A stretch of 64,000 nt of DNA from Amphiscolops sp. MND2022 (taxonomy: Eukaryota). This document shows positions 26,977 through 45,700 of this stretch, piece by piece. The DNA lies in NCBI GenBank assembly GCA_964187785.1, contig OZ076409.1, positions 90,460,001 to 90,524,000 on the forward strand, read 5' to 3'. The translations under genes were made by a program, and so were the position numbers. Every line of letters begins with the position of its first letter. Position 1 is the stretch's first letter. Under the pieces are notes generated by a model. The model had not been told where the DNA came from. It made no database searches and was given only the letters and a program-made list of their open reading frames with translations.

Positions 26977-27836
26977 TCTTGCACCCTGTTGTTTTTGCCA
27001 TCCTACCAAATATTTTGAATTAAAGTGTTTGTCGTGGCAATTTAATACATTTTCATTAGGTCATGAGTCTTTGATACATACTCGAACTAAAATGATTGTT
27101 CCTTTTAGTGTTTAGAAAGGAAGGCTGTTTTAGAAGGATAGACTTTAATAGTGTGTTTGCTGTATTGTTCTCAAGTCGTGTATACTCACAAGAACGAACA
27201 TAACACTGATCTGAGACCTCGAGACCTTTGGAATATTGAAAATTATTGGTTTTGGTGAGCAACAGTGATGTGTTCTTTCATTTGAAGTCGGCTATTTTCG
27301 TTAATTAAAATCACCAGACTATTAGTCGCTCTTCTCTTTTAGAAAAACACATGTTGTAGCCTAAGAACTAAATCGTCCCGCCTTTGAGTTTTTCTCATTT
27401 TTACATCACCTGCGAAACAGAAAAAGTGCAACGGGTCATCCTTTGGTTTTTTCGGCACTGTGCGACTTTTTTGCAATTTTTAATTTTACCCAAGGTTCCC
27501 TCTTTTATTATTTTTAGCCCAAAGGATGTTTTTCGGCGATGTGAGATTTTTCAGAATTTTCACAAAACGGCCTTTTAGCATATTTGAAAGGCCTAGCAAT
27601 TTTGGAACCATAAATCGGAGCGCCGTCTTGAGAAGTTCTCTTGTTGTGTCTATTCAATGCATCTCAAAGTTTTCTATTCAGTGTTTGAAAACCCAGTGTT
27701 TAAGTGACATCGTTTGGTCCAGGAATGATGCAAACTGAATTGTATAAAATGATCCCGGATCAATGACTTGAACATGTTTATTTCATGGTTACTATAACTA
27801 AGGGACTGATTTCAGATCTTGTTGACCTCTTGCAAA

Positions 27837-28588
<752 letters not shown>

Positions 28589-29691
28589 ACATGCTAGCTA
28601 TTAGACACACACGTCACCTGATGCCTAGCTAGAGTGAAGCTACCTGGCGCCCCTTTTTTGATTCATTGTACTTGCATTGTATTTTGAATTGAAGAATATT
28701 CTCAATCGTTTTTTTCTTATTTGTTGAGATAATTTTAAGAGGTTTCATGTTCTACTAAGTCATAATATCCACAACTGAAACCGACTAAAATTTTTTGAGG
28801 GTTTGAATGGATCGCGACGTGAATCGTTTGAATGTTACTAGTCGTACTAATCTGTATAAAAAGCAATTGTTTCATCTCGAAAGCTTTCAAGTTAGGAACA
28901 TAGAACAAATAACTCTTCGAAACTGATTCGTGAATTGGAGATATTTGGCTGTATTGGAGATATTTTGCTGTTACTTTTCGTTAAACTGTTTTTGTTTATC
29001 GTTTTCTTAAAGTTAAGGTCTGTTGCTATCAGCATATAGCAAATACAGCAATGACTCTATGCTGTTGTGCACTGTTATCGTTTGCGAGTTCCACCTGACA
29101 ATTTCACAAATGCTCATGCATCCATCCAAGATGTTCAAGAGGTAATTATTGACGCTCGTTGTATTCGGGATATTAACAATTTGAATCAAATGCACCATGG
29201 TACAAAATGTAATTTACAGTCGAACCTCCGTTCAACGTACCTCTTGGAAGGTATCTCATCGGTTACGTTAAACGTTTACGCTGTTTCGGAAACTGAATTT
29301 AATTAATTTGATTGATTACCCTAGTTGAAATTGTTTGAGCCTTTTACATGTTCCTTTGTTGCCAAGCACTTTTTCAAAGATTTAGGAGTTTCATTGAGCA
29401 TCATTCATGCTGAAAATTTCCATTACGCAAAGCTAGTTCTCCAGGTTTTTAGGTATCTTTAGAACGGAATATTTCAAACAAGCAGTTTTAATTAGTCACA
29501 CTTCCAATTTTCAAATAATTCGTTACTCAACTAGAATTTTGCTTCGAAAAACCGTAAACTATCTAATTTCGTTATTTCAAAAATATTTCATGGTCTCCCG
29601 GATCCATTGAAAAAACATTTATCGGGAATTTTTCGTCGATAATTTTTTCAATCCTCAAAATTTTGAAATACAGGAAATTTTTTTCGACCGT

Positions 29692-29779
29692 AATACACTA
29701 TTGTTCACTAAAGCTGTTGACAAGTTGACAAGCCTTTGAGATTGCATTTGTCAACAGCTTTAGTGAACAATAGTGTATT
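29692..29779. repeat. Perfect 32-bp inverted repeat with 24-nt loop
   Basis: AATACACTATTGTTCACTAAAGCTGTTGACAA (29692-29723) pairs perfectly with 29748-29779. Confidence 0.95.
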
Positions 29780-30219
29780 TTCCCTGTCACTTCCTTTTTA
29801 GGTGCAAAGTAGAAAAAGTTTCATAGTCAAGTTCCAGTTCACATCGAATTGAATCAAAGTTTCAGTTTAACACAAAGTTATCCAAAGTTTATTATCACAA
29901 ATCGAACTGTCAATTTCTAAGGTTCATGTTTGCTAAATTGCTAATTAATGGTGTCAAGACTCCGATCCGTAAGGCCGTAAATTAACTGATTCAAACCTGG
30001 GACCTGTCAGAATTTTCAATTACTGTGTTCACTTTTTTGCCGAAAAATCACCACTTTTCGAGTCAGTGGGACTTCGTTGGAAAACCATCATTGGAATCGG
30101 AGTGTACTTTTTGAACTATATTTTCATTCTCCCCTGTTATCCACAAAATGGTAAATTTTGATCCTAAAATCATTTCGCTCATGCTTCCGATTATGATATG
30201 AAAGTGTTTTTTAGTTTTG

Positions 30220-33466
<3,247 letters not shown>

Positions 33467-33799
33467 ATCATCACAAGCTGTTCTTGTTCACAGTGCAATA
33501 ATTGTCTTGGCAACAGATGTGATGGCTTATGTTGGTTTCCAAACCTAACAAGCGAGACAACACAGTTTTGCAATTACCAAATGGTAACCTTTCAAGAGAG
33601 ATAGTCGAGTTTCATGTTTCAATTTGTAAAATTTCTCTTGTAAAGAGTTGTATATATGTAAATACTTAGTTAATATTTTTTCGTATTTTGGTTGATAATA
33701 ATAACCGGATTATAAGAGAAATGCCGAGTTGCTAGATGCATTGATTAATTCAAAACATGCTCAAGCTTAATTTTTTATCGACAACTTTTTTCAGGTAGT

Positions 33800-36700
33800 A
33801 TGGAAAACACGGCTGGTCTGAAACTCTTGGAAGAGGGCTATGAAGGAGTTGCACTTACGAAGATCTTCCCTGCTAAAGGATTCTATCCGTCCACTGCAGG
33901 TTAATTTTACCGCTTCTACATTTTGTTTCCGAGTGACAAGCGACCACTAGTGTTCACAACTTCATTTTCAGTTCAAGTTATCAAACTGAAACTGAAATAG
34001 TTGAAATTTTGAGTTGGCGTGTAATTTGGGTTTCAATTACTCCGGGGTAACTATTTTTTAACGTCAGAAAATTTTCGCGGTACACATTCGCGCATTGAAC
34101 TGCTAAAATTTGCGTGAGAGACTTTTGTAGTGACGTTGCGATGTTTCGTATATTGTTACAAAACGTTTTTAGGAAGAAATCGAACACTTACAAACTTCAA
34201 TTTATGGGAAAAGAATAGCAACGGATTAATCTCAGAATGCCTCAACTGATCTCAAAACTAGTTCATCCACATTTGTAAATAAGGCTCCAAAATAGCATAT
34301 CAAAAACTAGTATTTCCACCGCCTTCTGTTTGGCAACAGCTAATTCGGGAAAAAGTCAATTCGGACATTCCGCATTTTTATCGTTATGTCAGAAAACATT
34401 AGTAAAATAGTTCAGTTTGGAAACAAATTAAAAATAGTTACGGTGAAATCCGAGCCCCCTTTATTCCTGGCAAAACCTCAAAAAATTCTGAAATAACGTC
34501 GATAATTTGGATGTACTGCATTTTTAGTCGGCGCATTTTAGTAGAAAATGTGCCCGACTATTACAGTGGGTAGTTTTTTTTTTAGACACGAAAGTGCCAC
34601 TTTTCTTTCTGTCTTTTCTTTTTGTTCTTTGTTCAGTTCATTTCTTCAACAACTTGGCGAACCTAAGAAGCGCGTCCAAAACGAAAAAGAAAACAAAACA
34701 AACAAAACCTCGACAACACACTAACGATCTCCCCTAAGCCTCCCCCCCTCACTTTTTTTCGGCACTATGCGACTTTTTTTGAAACTTTTTGGATTGCACC
34801 AAAGGGTCCCCCTTTTATTTGTTTCGATATTTTAAAACACAATGGATGTCAGAAAATTCCAAAGGGTCCCCCCTTTTACATTTTTCGGCACTGTGACACT
34901 GTTCAAAAATCACATTTTAAAATTTTTTTGGGCAATTTTTTTCAGTCCTTAAAGGGTCCCCCTTCAATTTTTTTCATATTTTGCAACCAGCTGGAGTTTC
35001 ACAAAGCCCAAAGGGTCCCCCTTTTACATTTTTCGACACTGTGACACTGTTCAATTCATTTTTTTTTCATATTTTGCCACCAGCTGGAGTTTCACAAAAT
35101 CCAAAGAGTCCCCCCTTTTACAATTTTGAGCCTTAGATATAGCGCCGACTTTGGCCGTTCTCGGCTTGTTGTCCGTTATCTCCGTCATTTTAGAGAAAAA
35201 GGCAGTTGAAATTGAATTTTGATACCAAAGTTCGATATTGACAAGATGCAAACCTCCGGCCTACTTCCTGGCAATATGAGAAACCAGAGCCGCATATGCG
35301 GTAAAGGAGTCGGCTTAGGTCTTTTTCCTTCTCGCTCCAATCCCAGTCATACGAATTTATTGAAATTGCACACATAAACCATACTATGGTGTAGAAAATG
35401 TAGAAAATTTCGTTCGAATCGTATGAACAGTTTTTGAGAAAATTGAAAAAAGTCGAAAAATGACTGTTTTTTGGCCATTTTTGGGCTAATTTTGGCTACG
35501 TTTCTCACATTCCAGTCATACGATTTTGATGCCTTTGAGTTACACTTACTTCTTAAATGGACCGTGCGCCTCGAAACCAGAAAGGTAGTGGTCTACGTAT
35601 GTATGGCCCAGGTTACAGAGGGGGCTTGTCAAAATGGTGTGGAAGGTGTCGAAACGCTGCAAGCTGCAGAGCCTCCTTGCAGTGTCAGTAACGGTCCCAT
35701 GAAAATAAATGTGAAAACATCGGCAAGCGGAGGACTAATTTATAAAACAAAACACCAAATCGCAAAGAATATGCTCGTCTATAAAACAGCATCTCACAAA
35801 TTAATTTGCTCGTTACAATTACTGAGAGCTTGAGAGCCTCCCCTCTTCGACGATCGCGCTCATAGAGGACTCGGTCTGAATGACCGTACGTTTAAGAGAT
35901 CTACATCCTCTAATACACAAAATTGAACTCTTCAAAAGTGCAAAACTAACCTTCGTTCTGATAAAACCTACGACATCGGCGTAAGGCTCAGTAGTTTTGT
36001 CGCTGAGCTTGACCGCGAGCCTTGTGATGACTTTCGACGCAGACGGTCCGGCTCCTCCTGTAGTCGCAAACACGAGTGGGCTGAAAGAGCTATTTTCGAC
36101 ATCTATGATACGTTGCTCGTATTTGCGTTTCTTTGAAGCTTCGTGGTGTTTGTATGCTTCTTGAATTTGTTTCGGACAGGAGTTAGCGAATGGGTTGAAG
36201 ATTTTAACATCGAAAAAGGTTCGGCAGAATCTTGAATCGAAAAGACCGTTTGCTTTGATGTCTAATCTAGCTTCATCTTCAGTGCTCGTTGATTTATTAT
36301 CGAAGGTCTCGCCTTCTAACGGCTGAAGTTTCGGTTCGATTTCAACATCGTTGCAGACGTCTCCTAAGAACTTAGCGAATGTGTCGCGAATTTCATTGTG
36401 CCGCAGATGGGTGTATCCGCCTTTTGCACAGTGTAAAGCGTGAGACATTTCAAAAGGTTCACCGCATGCACACGAAAAAGGGAGATTTTTAGGTTCCCAT
36501 CCATATCGGAGAGCTAAGCCGTCTCTGAATTCCGATTTGGTTAGGGCGAAACCATATTTCTGCAGAGGAAGCGCGTTCAACCAGCCAGATGCTCCTTTTT
36601 CGGAGGACAGCTTCATGGCATATAGTTCGCCCTCGGTTAGGACTTCTTCTAGTTTTTCAATTTTCGTGTTGTTTGTAATTTCTATTTCTTGAATTCGCGG

Positions 36701-39700
36701 AGGATTTTGTACTGTGAATTTTCCGCGGCGAGGGGTTCCATTCCGTTCAGACATTCACTCAAAGCGACCGATCGTGAATAGTCCCCGGCGCGGTCATCGG
36801 GTGAGAGAATGTTGAGACCGCCATTTTTTAAAGGGAGTGAGAAGAGCAAACGCTGCTCTTCTGTGTGGGTGGTCTTTCCTGTGAGCGCGGGCAGCAGTTT
36901 TTCCGAAATCGTCTTTTCTGTTTCTTGTAGGAAAGGCTCCATGTCGGGTGTGGTTCGGGACAGAAACGAGAGTTTGTTCTGTATACCTTGTGTGAAGGCG
37001 TGATATACGTTTTGCGGCGATTTTCGGGCGTGGATGGAAAGTTTTTCGACTTGATGCTGGTATTCAGTGGTGACTTTTTCTCTGAATTCGTCGCACGCTG
37101 CTTTGGAACCTATCGTCGAACCTAACACTCGGTGTCCGAGAACAATCTCTATGTCGATCGAGTCGAACGACTTCTTGGCTTTTTCTAGAGAACTTTCTTT
37201 GACGATAAGGTTGCATTTCGTTAGCTTATAGCCGAATGCTGGGCCATGTTTTTGTAACTTCTGATGCAAAGCGACGAGTGATTCCAGTGATCCTACAGCG
37301 TTTCCGTCGTCGGCGTACCACTTTTGGGTGACCATGTCATCTTTTACCAAATTGATGAGTGGTAGCAGCGCAACTCCGTACATCGCCATTGCGAGTGGGT
37401 CGCCTTGTGTTGTTCCTTCCTGTGATAGTATCGTTTTGCCGTTTACAAACAAAAGAGAAGGTGATTCGTAGGAGTTTCTAAGCGCGTTAATGAGAGACGG
37501 GCAAATCATTTCAATGTTTTTCAGCGCTAGTTTACGATTTTGAGTACGCAGGGGCCCTTTGGGTGTAGAATGACTTTGCAAAATTTTATGAAAATCGTAT
37601 GGACAGTTTTTGAGAAATTTCAAATTTTCATGAAAAGGTCGGGAGAAAAAAAACGACACGATTGGATAAGTAGTCGAAAATTTTTTCCGACTCCTAAAAA
37701 GGGATATAGTTTTAACAATTCGTATCTAGCCCTTTAATCATTGAAAAAGACATTGTCCGAAAACGTTATTATCATAGATTAATTTGACAAGATAGAAATT
37801 CGACATTGGTTTAAAGCAGACTCCTTCGATGCGAGACTATTTGCTGAGAAACAATGTTGAAAAATTGTACAATGACAATATCCCGTACCCGGTGACCCTT
37901 CAGACTCGAACAACAATGCCTTTTCCGGATTGAAAACATCGAAAAAACCGAAAGAACGAACCTCCAGTGAAATGGAAAAGAATCGAAAAGGTCGCTCAGT
38001 GCCAAAAAACCCAAGAGGGTCCTTTGGTTTCGTTCAGTTTTTCTTGAAAAGCTAGAATTGTGAAGGATTTATAGGGGGACCCTGTGGCACCCCTTGATAC
38101 ATTTTCGATCCTATGCTAACTCTAAGAACGTGACAAACATTTTCTCGAAGTGTCGCACAGTGCCGAAAAAAGTTTCTCGTCCACCTTTGCAGACATGAAA
38201 AAATTATAGTATAGCGCGGCATTCGAACCATTGTACACATGCTTCCTAGCACCAGTCACCACAAACGAACACATGCGTTAATCACTAGGAAATCACTAAT
38301 CCAAATGGAAAGTACTTTTCGGCTTTCAACAACAGTCTAGTAATTTCCCGCGGAAATTGTTGGAAAAATTTGAAAAACCCGGTTTGAAACTTTGTTTCTT
38401 AGAAAGCAAAAGAGGAGAATCTTATGGGCATGTTTTTTTCCCTTAATCTAATCCCTGCTATAACGATTCTATTTGAGAACAACTTTGGTGCATGTTCATA
38501 AAATTTGTATCTATTTGCAGGAGGTGCCTGGTATGCGGCGAAGCTTGTAGAGGAAGAAAATCGTCTGCAGTTAGGCAAGAAGGAAGGTGAGCGAGTCACT
38601 TACTCGAGGTTGAAGAAGCAACGCGTGAGAGAGGCCAAAAAACAGCGGCTGTATGAGAAGGGAGAGGATTTTGTGGCAGAGACTCAGTCCGAGGCTGACG
38701 AAAGGGCTACTCATTTAGACGGCTTCTACTTGGTAAACCTTCTGACCAGAGTTCTGACACCGCAGCGAATTAGCGGCCGCGCAGAGTTTTATTAGCGATC
38801 AAATTAGCGGCAACTGATAGGTTGTCTCGGAAAATACACTGTTTCAAAATGAATTTAGAAAATTCCAACTCTTACACTAGTGAAACTCGCACAATAAAAA
38901 TTTTGACTTTTTTCCTAAAAAGTTTGAATTAAGATATTATTGGATTTTGAAACATACTTGAATTCAAACATTTAATGGTTTGAAAAAAGTTTTTCAGCGA
39001 TATTGCGATTTTGAAATTAGAGGTTTCGCGGATAGAGAAAAAAAATAGCGATGTCAAAACTGTGCTTCTGACGCTTGCAAGAACCAAGCAATTACAGTTG
39101 AATGCGTTTATAGCGGATGGCTATAAAACAGAATTTGGTTTGTAATGGACGAAAATTTCATCTCCCTAACACAAAATGTATGTTTATATAACGGATCTCA
39201 CCATGATGTGACGGCAAATAAGGATTATATTTCTGAAAAAAAAAGCGAAACCTGGCAATACAGCCTTATGACTCACATACAGCGCTCAAAAAACAGTCGA
39301 AAATAACTGACTTTTTAACTGAACAACTTCCATTTACACTGATTCTGCATACATGTATATTGTCCCCGTTATAAGGGCACGCTACTGTGTGTACCACCAA
39401 TTCATTGCGCCCAATCATTGTTTTGTATTCGATGTGGAAGAATTTTTCGGCATTACGTATGTAAAAACTGCTTTACTTTGCCATTTGGCGTATTTTTTAA
39501 ATAGTTTCTGGCCTTTCAAAAAAGCATAGTGAGGCAGCAAATTCGATGCAAACTAATTTGACATAAGATACTCGAACAGCTTGATAATTTTAAGTTTTAT
39601 GAAAACGAAATTTGAAATATACCTCAGCAATATTTCACAATCCTGAGAAGTACACTTCAAAATTTGAGTGGCTTTTGGATGCATGCATTTTGGCATTTTC

Positions 39701-42700
39701 TCAATTGATCCATTATTTAAATTTGATATTCCGACATTGTGCCAAAAAGCGTCATTATTTCATCAAAAGACTGCGTTCTCTGGTAGTGCTGGAAATAATT
39801 CTTCTCGGTGTCATGTATTTTTGTGAATAGGTAGTGCTGGAAATAATTCTTCTCGGTGTCATATATTTTTGTTAATAAGCTAATGATGTCATCCTATCTT
39901 GCCTTTTCCAGTTTCACAACACGAATGTCACTTATTGGCAAAAATCGGTTTGAATTTTCCTTCGTGTATATTGTTTTTACAATGATCAAAATTTTGATTT
40001 TGGAAACCATGTCGCAACTTCAGTTCAACTTCGTTAGTTTTTCAGCTTCGATTGCACGGTGTTAGCAACCCGAATGATCTAAGTGCAGTTGACATATCCG
40101 GGAAACCATTGGAAACGGTTAGTTAATCTCCCGACAAGAGTTTCAATCATTTTCATCAGAATGATGTAATTCAACCGCGATTCTTTGTTTCTATAGGCGA
40201 ATGATGAAGATCTGGAGTTGTTTGATAATGTCATCTATGTCAATGCTGCCGAAACGCTTCTGAGACTAGGTAAGTTACTACTCATTCAATCAGGGTTGGC
40301 CTGTCTTAAAACAATGTTTTAAAACACGCCCATAAAAAACGTTTTAAAACATCAATAAAAAACGTTTTAAAACATTTTATTAAACATTTTGAGATTTGAA
40401 TAAGATGATTTATTGTTTTTTTTATTTTCGATTGTTTTCACCCCCTATTTTTTAATGTGATACATCGTTTATGTTGCCTCCTTATACGCTTGATTTGTTC
40501 GTCGAAAGTTATCAAGATGGAACGGCAATTTTTGACCTTCGGCATGACTTATGGAAAGCTGAGATGCCAACTGGATAACGAAAAGGCAGCCAAACTCTGC
40601 TTTTTGTATCGCCAATTAAACAAGAAATAATTTTCTTTAAATTACATATAATGTAATTGTCGATTAAGAAACAATAATATCCATTTGTCTCAGTTTGAAG
40701 TGAAAAATTTATAAACTACAATAAAAAACAAAAAAAACATGTTTAATTGCATAAAAAACTGTTTGTTTGTTTTATTTGATAAAAAACAAACAAATGACCA
40801 ACCCTGCATTCAATATTTGTGAAATCTTTTAATTCTTCATTTCCAATTCATGTTCCAATTCATTTGAAGTTTTTTCTATTCGAATACTGTTTTTCTTGGA
40901 ATAGTTTCAGAAGACAGTGAATGATTTTGTGTATCTAATTCTATCCGTTTGCTGTGATTTAATCATATCACTACGCATATGTCCTACTACGCTTCCATGG
41001 ACCAATGCTGTTTTTCGTTTCAGAGACGTTCAATCATTTTTCATCTCTGCAAGAGTTGGAAGCCCCGCTATGTGCCCTGAAGGGCATTCGTATCAATTTG
41101 AACGACTTTGAGTACCTGCAGATCCTCGATCTCTCATACAACAATTTAACACCCGAAGACGTCGGTGCTCTGTCTATTCTCCCGAAATTACGTGCCCTTT
41201 ATCTTACTGGAAACGCCCTCACTCATCTTCCGCTCAACCTGTGCTCAAATGTCCTCTTCAAATCGTTAGCCTTTGCACTTGCCATTGAATGTTATAACCA
41301 GAGTTTTGACATCGCTTTTTTTGCTAATTGCTAAACCGCTTATCTCAAAATCGCTATTTCGCTGAAAAACTTTTCAAACTTAAATGTTTGAATTCAAGTA
41401 TGCTTCAAAATCCAATGATAGCTCAAATCAAGTTTTGCAAGAAAAGAGGCTGGAATTTCTCCTACTGTGTGAGTTTTACAAGAGTTGGATTTTTGGAAAT
41501 TCATTTCGAAACTCCGTGAATTTTCCGAAGAAATTTTGAATGCTGCCGCTAATTCGCTAAATCGTTGATAAGCGGTGTCAGAAGTCTGGTTATAACATCC
41601 CTGGGAAGTTAAAAATCTTATTGTCTTTTTCTCCTTTCTGGAAATTGTCCTCACTGAATTTGACATTTAAACTTGCGTGATTCAGCTGTAAATCTTGGAT
41701 TTAGGGCACTGGAAGTTGAACCCATGCCCAGTTCAAAATAAATTCTTCTTCAAAATATATAAACTATGTATTATATGGAATTTTTCGGTTGTAGAGACGA
41801 GACTGCAGCTAATGCCACGGAAGTGGAAGCATTTCCATGTCTCGAAGTTCTACATCTGGACAGCAACGAATTCGAGAACCCTCAAACACTGGCTGTTTTA
41901 GCTGGTCTAAAACAGTTGAAATCCTTAAATCTAGACAACAACTCATTGCCTGTCATTCCTTACATTAAAATTGCCCATGGTAAGCCAATCGAACGTTTCC
42001 ACGTCAACGAAGTCGAGTTTGGGAATGAGGAAAACGAAGACGCCAATGACAACGATTTCAACGTAGATGACGTTCTGTCTTCTGTAACTGATGGTCTGGA
42101 TTTGGCTTCCAAGATGACTACGAGTAATGAAGGTAACGAGCCGGTAACAGAACAAAGTGATGAAATGAAAATGTCAGATGGCAAACTTGATGCACTGTCC
42201 GAAGATGCGTTGAATGCCCCTGGAAACAGTATTGTTGCACCCACAGAAGGAGCAAGTGCCGAGGACGTAGATGAAAGTGAAGGTGATGACAAGCCGCCTC
42301 CGCCCCCTTTTCCAGAGTTGAGGATTCTCAGTATTGCTCATAACAAGGTACGGGTGTGAAATAAAGTACAATATTAATGTTAATACAATACATGTACCAG
42401 CATGTTAATGCAGCATGTCAATCGACGGAAATTTTGCTTGAAATAGTTGATTTTTGCTGTCGTTAATTGGGTTAGTTTGGAAACAAAATGCAGTCTGTGC
42501 AACCCTTTGGTCAGGGTTGGTAATTTGTATGTTATTTTTAAAAATAAACTGACTGTATTTTATCGAAAAAACCCTTTTTTCTTAATTTATATTTTTCGTC
42601 GCTGGTACAAAGACACAATTCAGTTTTTGTTCCATTCTTTGAACAGCAAAGCTAGTTTCCCCAGCCTTTAATGGCCCAACTGCCCCCGTAATTTCGCAAT

Positions 42701-45700
42701 AGGTGAGACCTAGGGATGAGAAATTTCTCTCCAGATTCGCCGTTGCTAGAGATGCTGCGTGGAGTGCTGTGACAACACTTCCGTTTTGCTAAATTTGAGT
42801 CATTGAATCATAAATAGCGTCTCGTGACCTTCAAAATGATATATGACCTGTCATTATTGGTAAACATTTGAAAAACATTGTAAAATCCCTACATATGTAA
42901 CAAACATCTGTTCGCAAAACGAAAAAAACTCATTTATAGGGTAGGTAAAAAAACGGTGTTAAATAGCATACTAAACCTGCCTTTGGTGGCTTACAAAAAC
43001 TTAGCGTCGTTAGGTCATAATTGCCGAGAGTACCCATGTCAAGTTTTGGGCCATGTTCAGATAACGTCAGAAGACGGGGTTCTTCCTGTGGTTGGATGGC
43101 CAATGTTGCAGGAGATCAATCTGATAGGTAACCCCATTGTGGCGACTTACAAGGGGGAACCACCTCTGATCAATAGGTATCTTACGCAGCGTTTGGGTAT
43201 TACTGTCAAACGGTGAGTTGATTATAGTTGTATTTCACATTTTTTTGTATTGTAAGAAGTTTTGATGAATTAATTACTTCAGCTTCACAGTTCCTTTCAA
43301 AGAGAAAGGTGTTATCGACAACGGTGAAATTGTTCAAGCTACCGATAAGCCTCCGATGCACAGAACTGTTAGTTTGTGAAACCGTTTTGTTAATTGCTCC
43401 ATCAGAAAATTGAATTCATGTGATTTTTTTTCGTCAGGTGAAAGAAGTAGTACCTCCAATGAAAAGAAGGCCCATAGACTTCATGGCTATAGAATACCCG
43501 GGAGTTTTCGACCCGTTGCCCTCTCGAGATGCGACCCCTAGCTACAGTGACAGGGCAAAAGCTGTGATGGAAGAGGTTATTTTGCCACCGAACAACGTTC
43601 CTCCTGAAATGAGACCCATCTCTACTCAACAGCCGCTTCCTCCAATCAGAGAAGAGTCCAAAGTCAGGCCCAAAAGCGGGCCTGAAGATTATCATCATAT
43701 GAGAAAGTAACAAGACTTTGTCCTATGTAACTTTGTCCGAAAAATATTTTTAGCTTGCGCTTATTGAAGTGATTCAATTTGATGCCATATATCATTTGTT
43801 TTTCACTAACTGGCAGGATATTTCCCGAAGTATGGTAATCGAATCAGGTTGCGTGTAGGTATGCTCCTCACGTGATTGATGCAAAAGGTGGAGGCAAAAT
43901 TATTGGAAGTTATTTGTCGAGCGTTTATTGTAACCGGTCGTGAACTCATCAAATTGCCGGATCGACAGGTTTCAACATCGGCAGTACATTTCAACATTTG
44001 ATGGAATAGTTTTCATACAATAGAATTAGTAAAACAATAGAAAAATCACATAGAAAAAAATCATATTTGAAAAATATCCAGATAGAAAAAAAATATTTAA
44101 TTGAAAATGGTTGTTTTTGAAGGGCGCCCCCTGAGCTTAACCGCTTCTCGACTGAAGATGTACTGCTCACAAACACCAATGACACAAGTGACAGGCAGGG
44201 GACCAAACCTACCAATGACGACAACGAGCCTTTTTTTCTAACTCAGGTGAGAAATTTCTCTGCTTTTGCAGAGAACCATTTCATCTTCAATTTGTAAAAG
44301 TTGCTTTTTCGTTCAATGTATTCTATGGGTCCAACATTGTTTCTGTTTGAAGATAAACGAAGACGGGGAAAAGGAGTTTGTTGATATGTCAGAGGAGCCT
44401 GTTGAATTGGCAGACATGAAACCGAGGCGTTACATCAAAAAAGTTCCCAGACGATTGAAGCCATTCCAACTTCTCTATCAAACAGACGAAGATGAAGACA
44501 AATACTCCATCACCCTTCCCAAAGGTATCAACAAATTTTACAGACCTCAGCTGTTGCGATCAACATGTACTGATCCCAAATTTGTTTGTTTCCACTTGAA
44601 AGGATATTTTTGGCGCCTTTTTTCCAAATATCTATTACATATGGATTTTTTTCAGATGTACACAGCAACGTGAAGGCCTTGAAATATGCGTTAAAACATC
44701 CTCTGATAGTTAGCGAAGGAAGTGTGAAACACGAACAGGCGCTACTGCATCTCTATCAGCCAGATAAATATCGGGTAAGGTCACTATCGTCGAAAATTAC
44801 GGCCACTCGGGGGAGGTTACTTCTAATTTTTAAAAATTTCAATCACAGCAACATTTTCATCGAATTTGCATGTATGAATTGGTTGAAAGCGAAGCAAGAT
44901 ACCAGTTAAGCGCCGGAATATTTCTGCTTTCAACTCTTTTGGTGACATACATACAAAATTTGTTGGAAGCCTATGCAAAATGTGAAGCAATTACTTTTTA
45001 AGCCTTGTTCAGGCTTTTAAAAACCTTTTTTGCTGAAAACTATTGATTGCTCTATACATATTAATACTACGAAACTGAATTTTTACTTGTTGAGATCTAT
45101 CTTGTGAGTATAAAGTTGGAGTATGGCAAAATTTGTAGAAAAAGACGATAAAATATTAATTTTCCACTATCCCAGATACTAAAAATGAGTGAAATGTAAA
45201 GGATTCCAAAGAATATTTGCATATCAGCAGAAGTTTCAGGAGAGATGTTTCGAGCTTTGGTCCTTTTTCGTATGGAATTCATCTGTTAACCTTCGGAACG
45301 AAGCCTTGTTTGTTTACAGAGAGCTGCCAAGCCCAAAATTGTTCGGAAAACGAAAACTGAGTTGTTCTACGACACTCTGTCTGACTTGAGGAACCGCGTG
45401 GGCTACATCGAAACTAATCTGGAAAAAGTTTTGGCTGAGTCCAACATGAAGAAGGTCAACGACGTTGCTGTCCTGGTATCAGAGGTGAGTCATTTCGTCC
45501 ATTGCTCAGCAAATGTGCAAATGTTTACTGGGAGTGTTTAGTTTCAATTATCTCAGCCAGCAACTGATAAGAACTTTATCTTTTTTGAGAATTGATGCGA
45601 ATTTTTCCGACAGTCAGTGAATTGACCTTTGCACTTGAAATTGTGCCTTTGTTTGTATTTTTGAATCGAATGTGGGAATCGTATTCAAAATAAGTTTTGA

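Noticed and set aside
39781..39863. Two-copy direct repeat GGTAGTGCTGGAAATAATTCTTCTCGGTGTCAT
   Set aside because: A simple local intronic duplication with no further structure.
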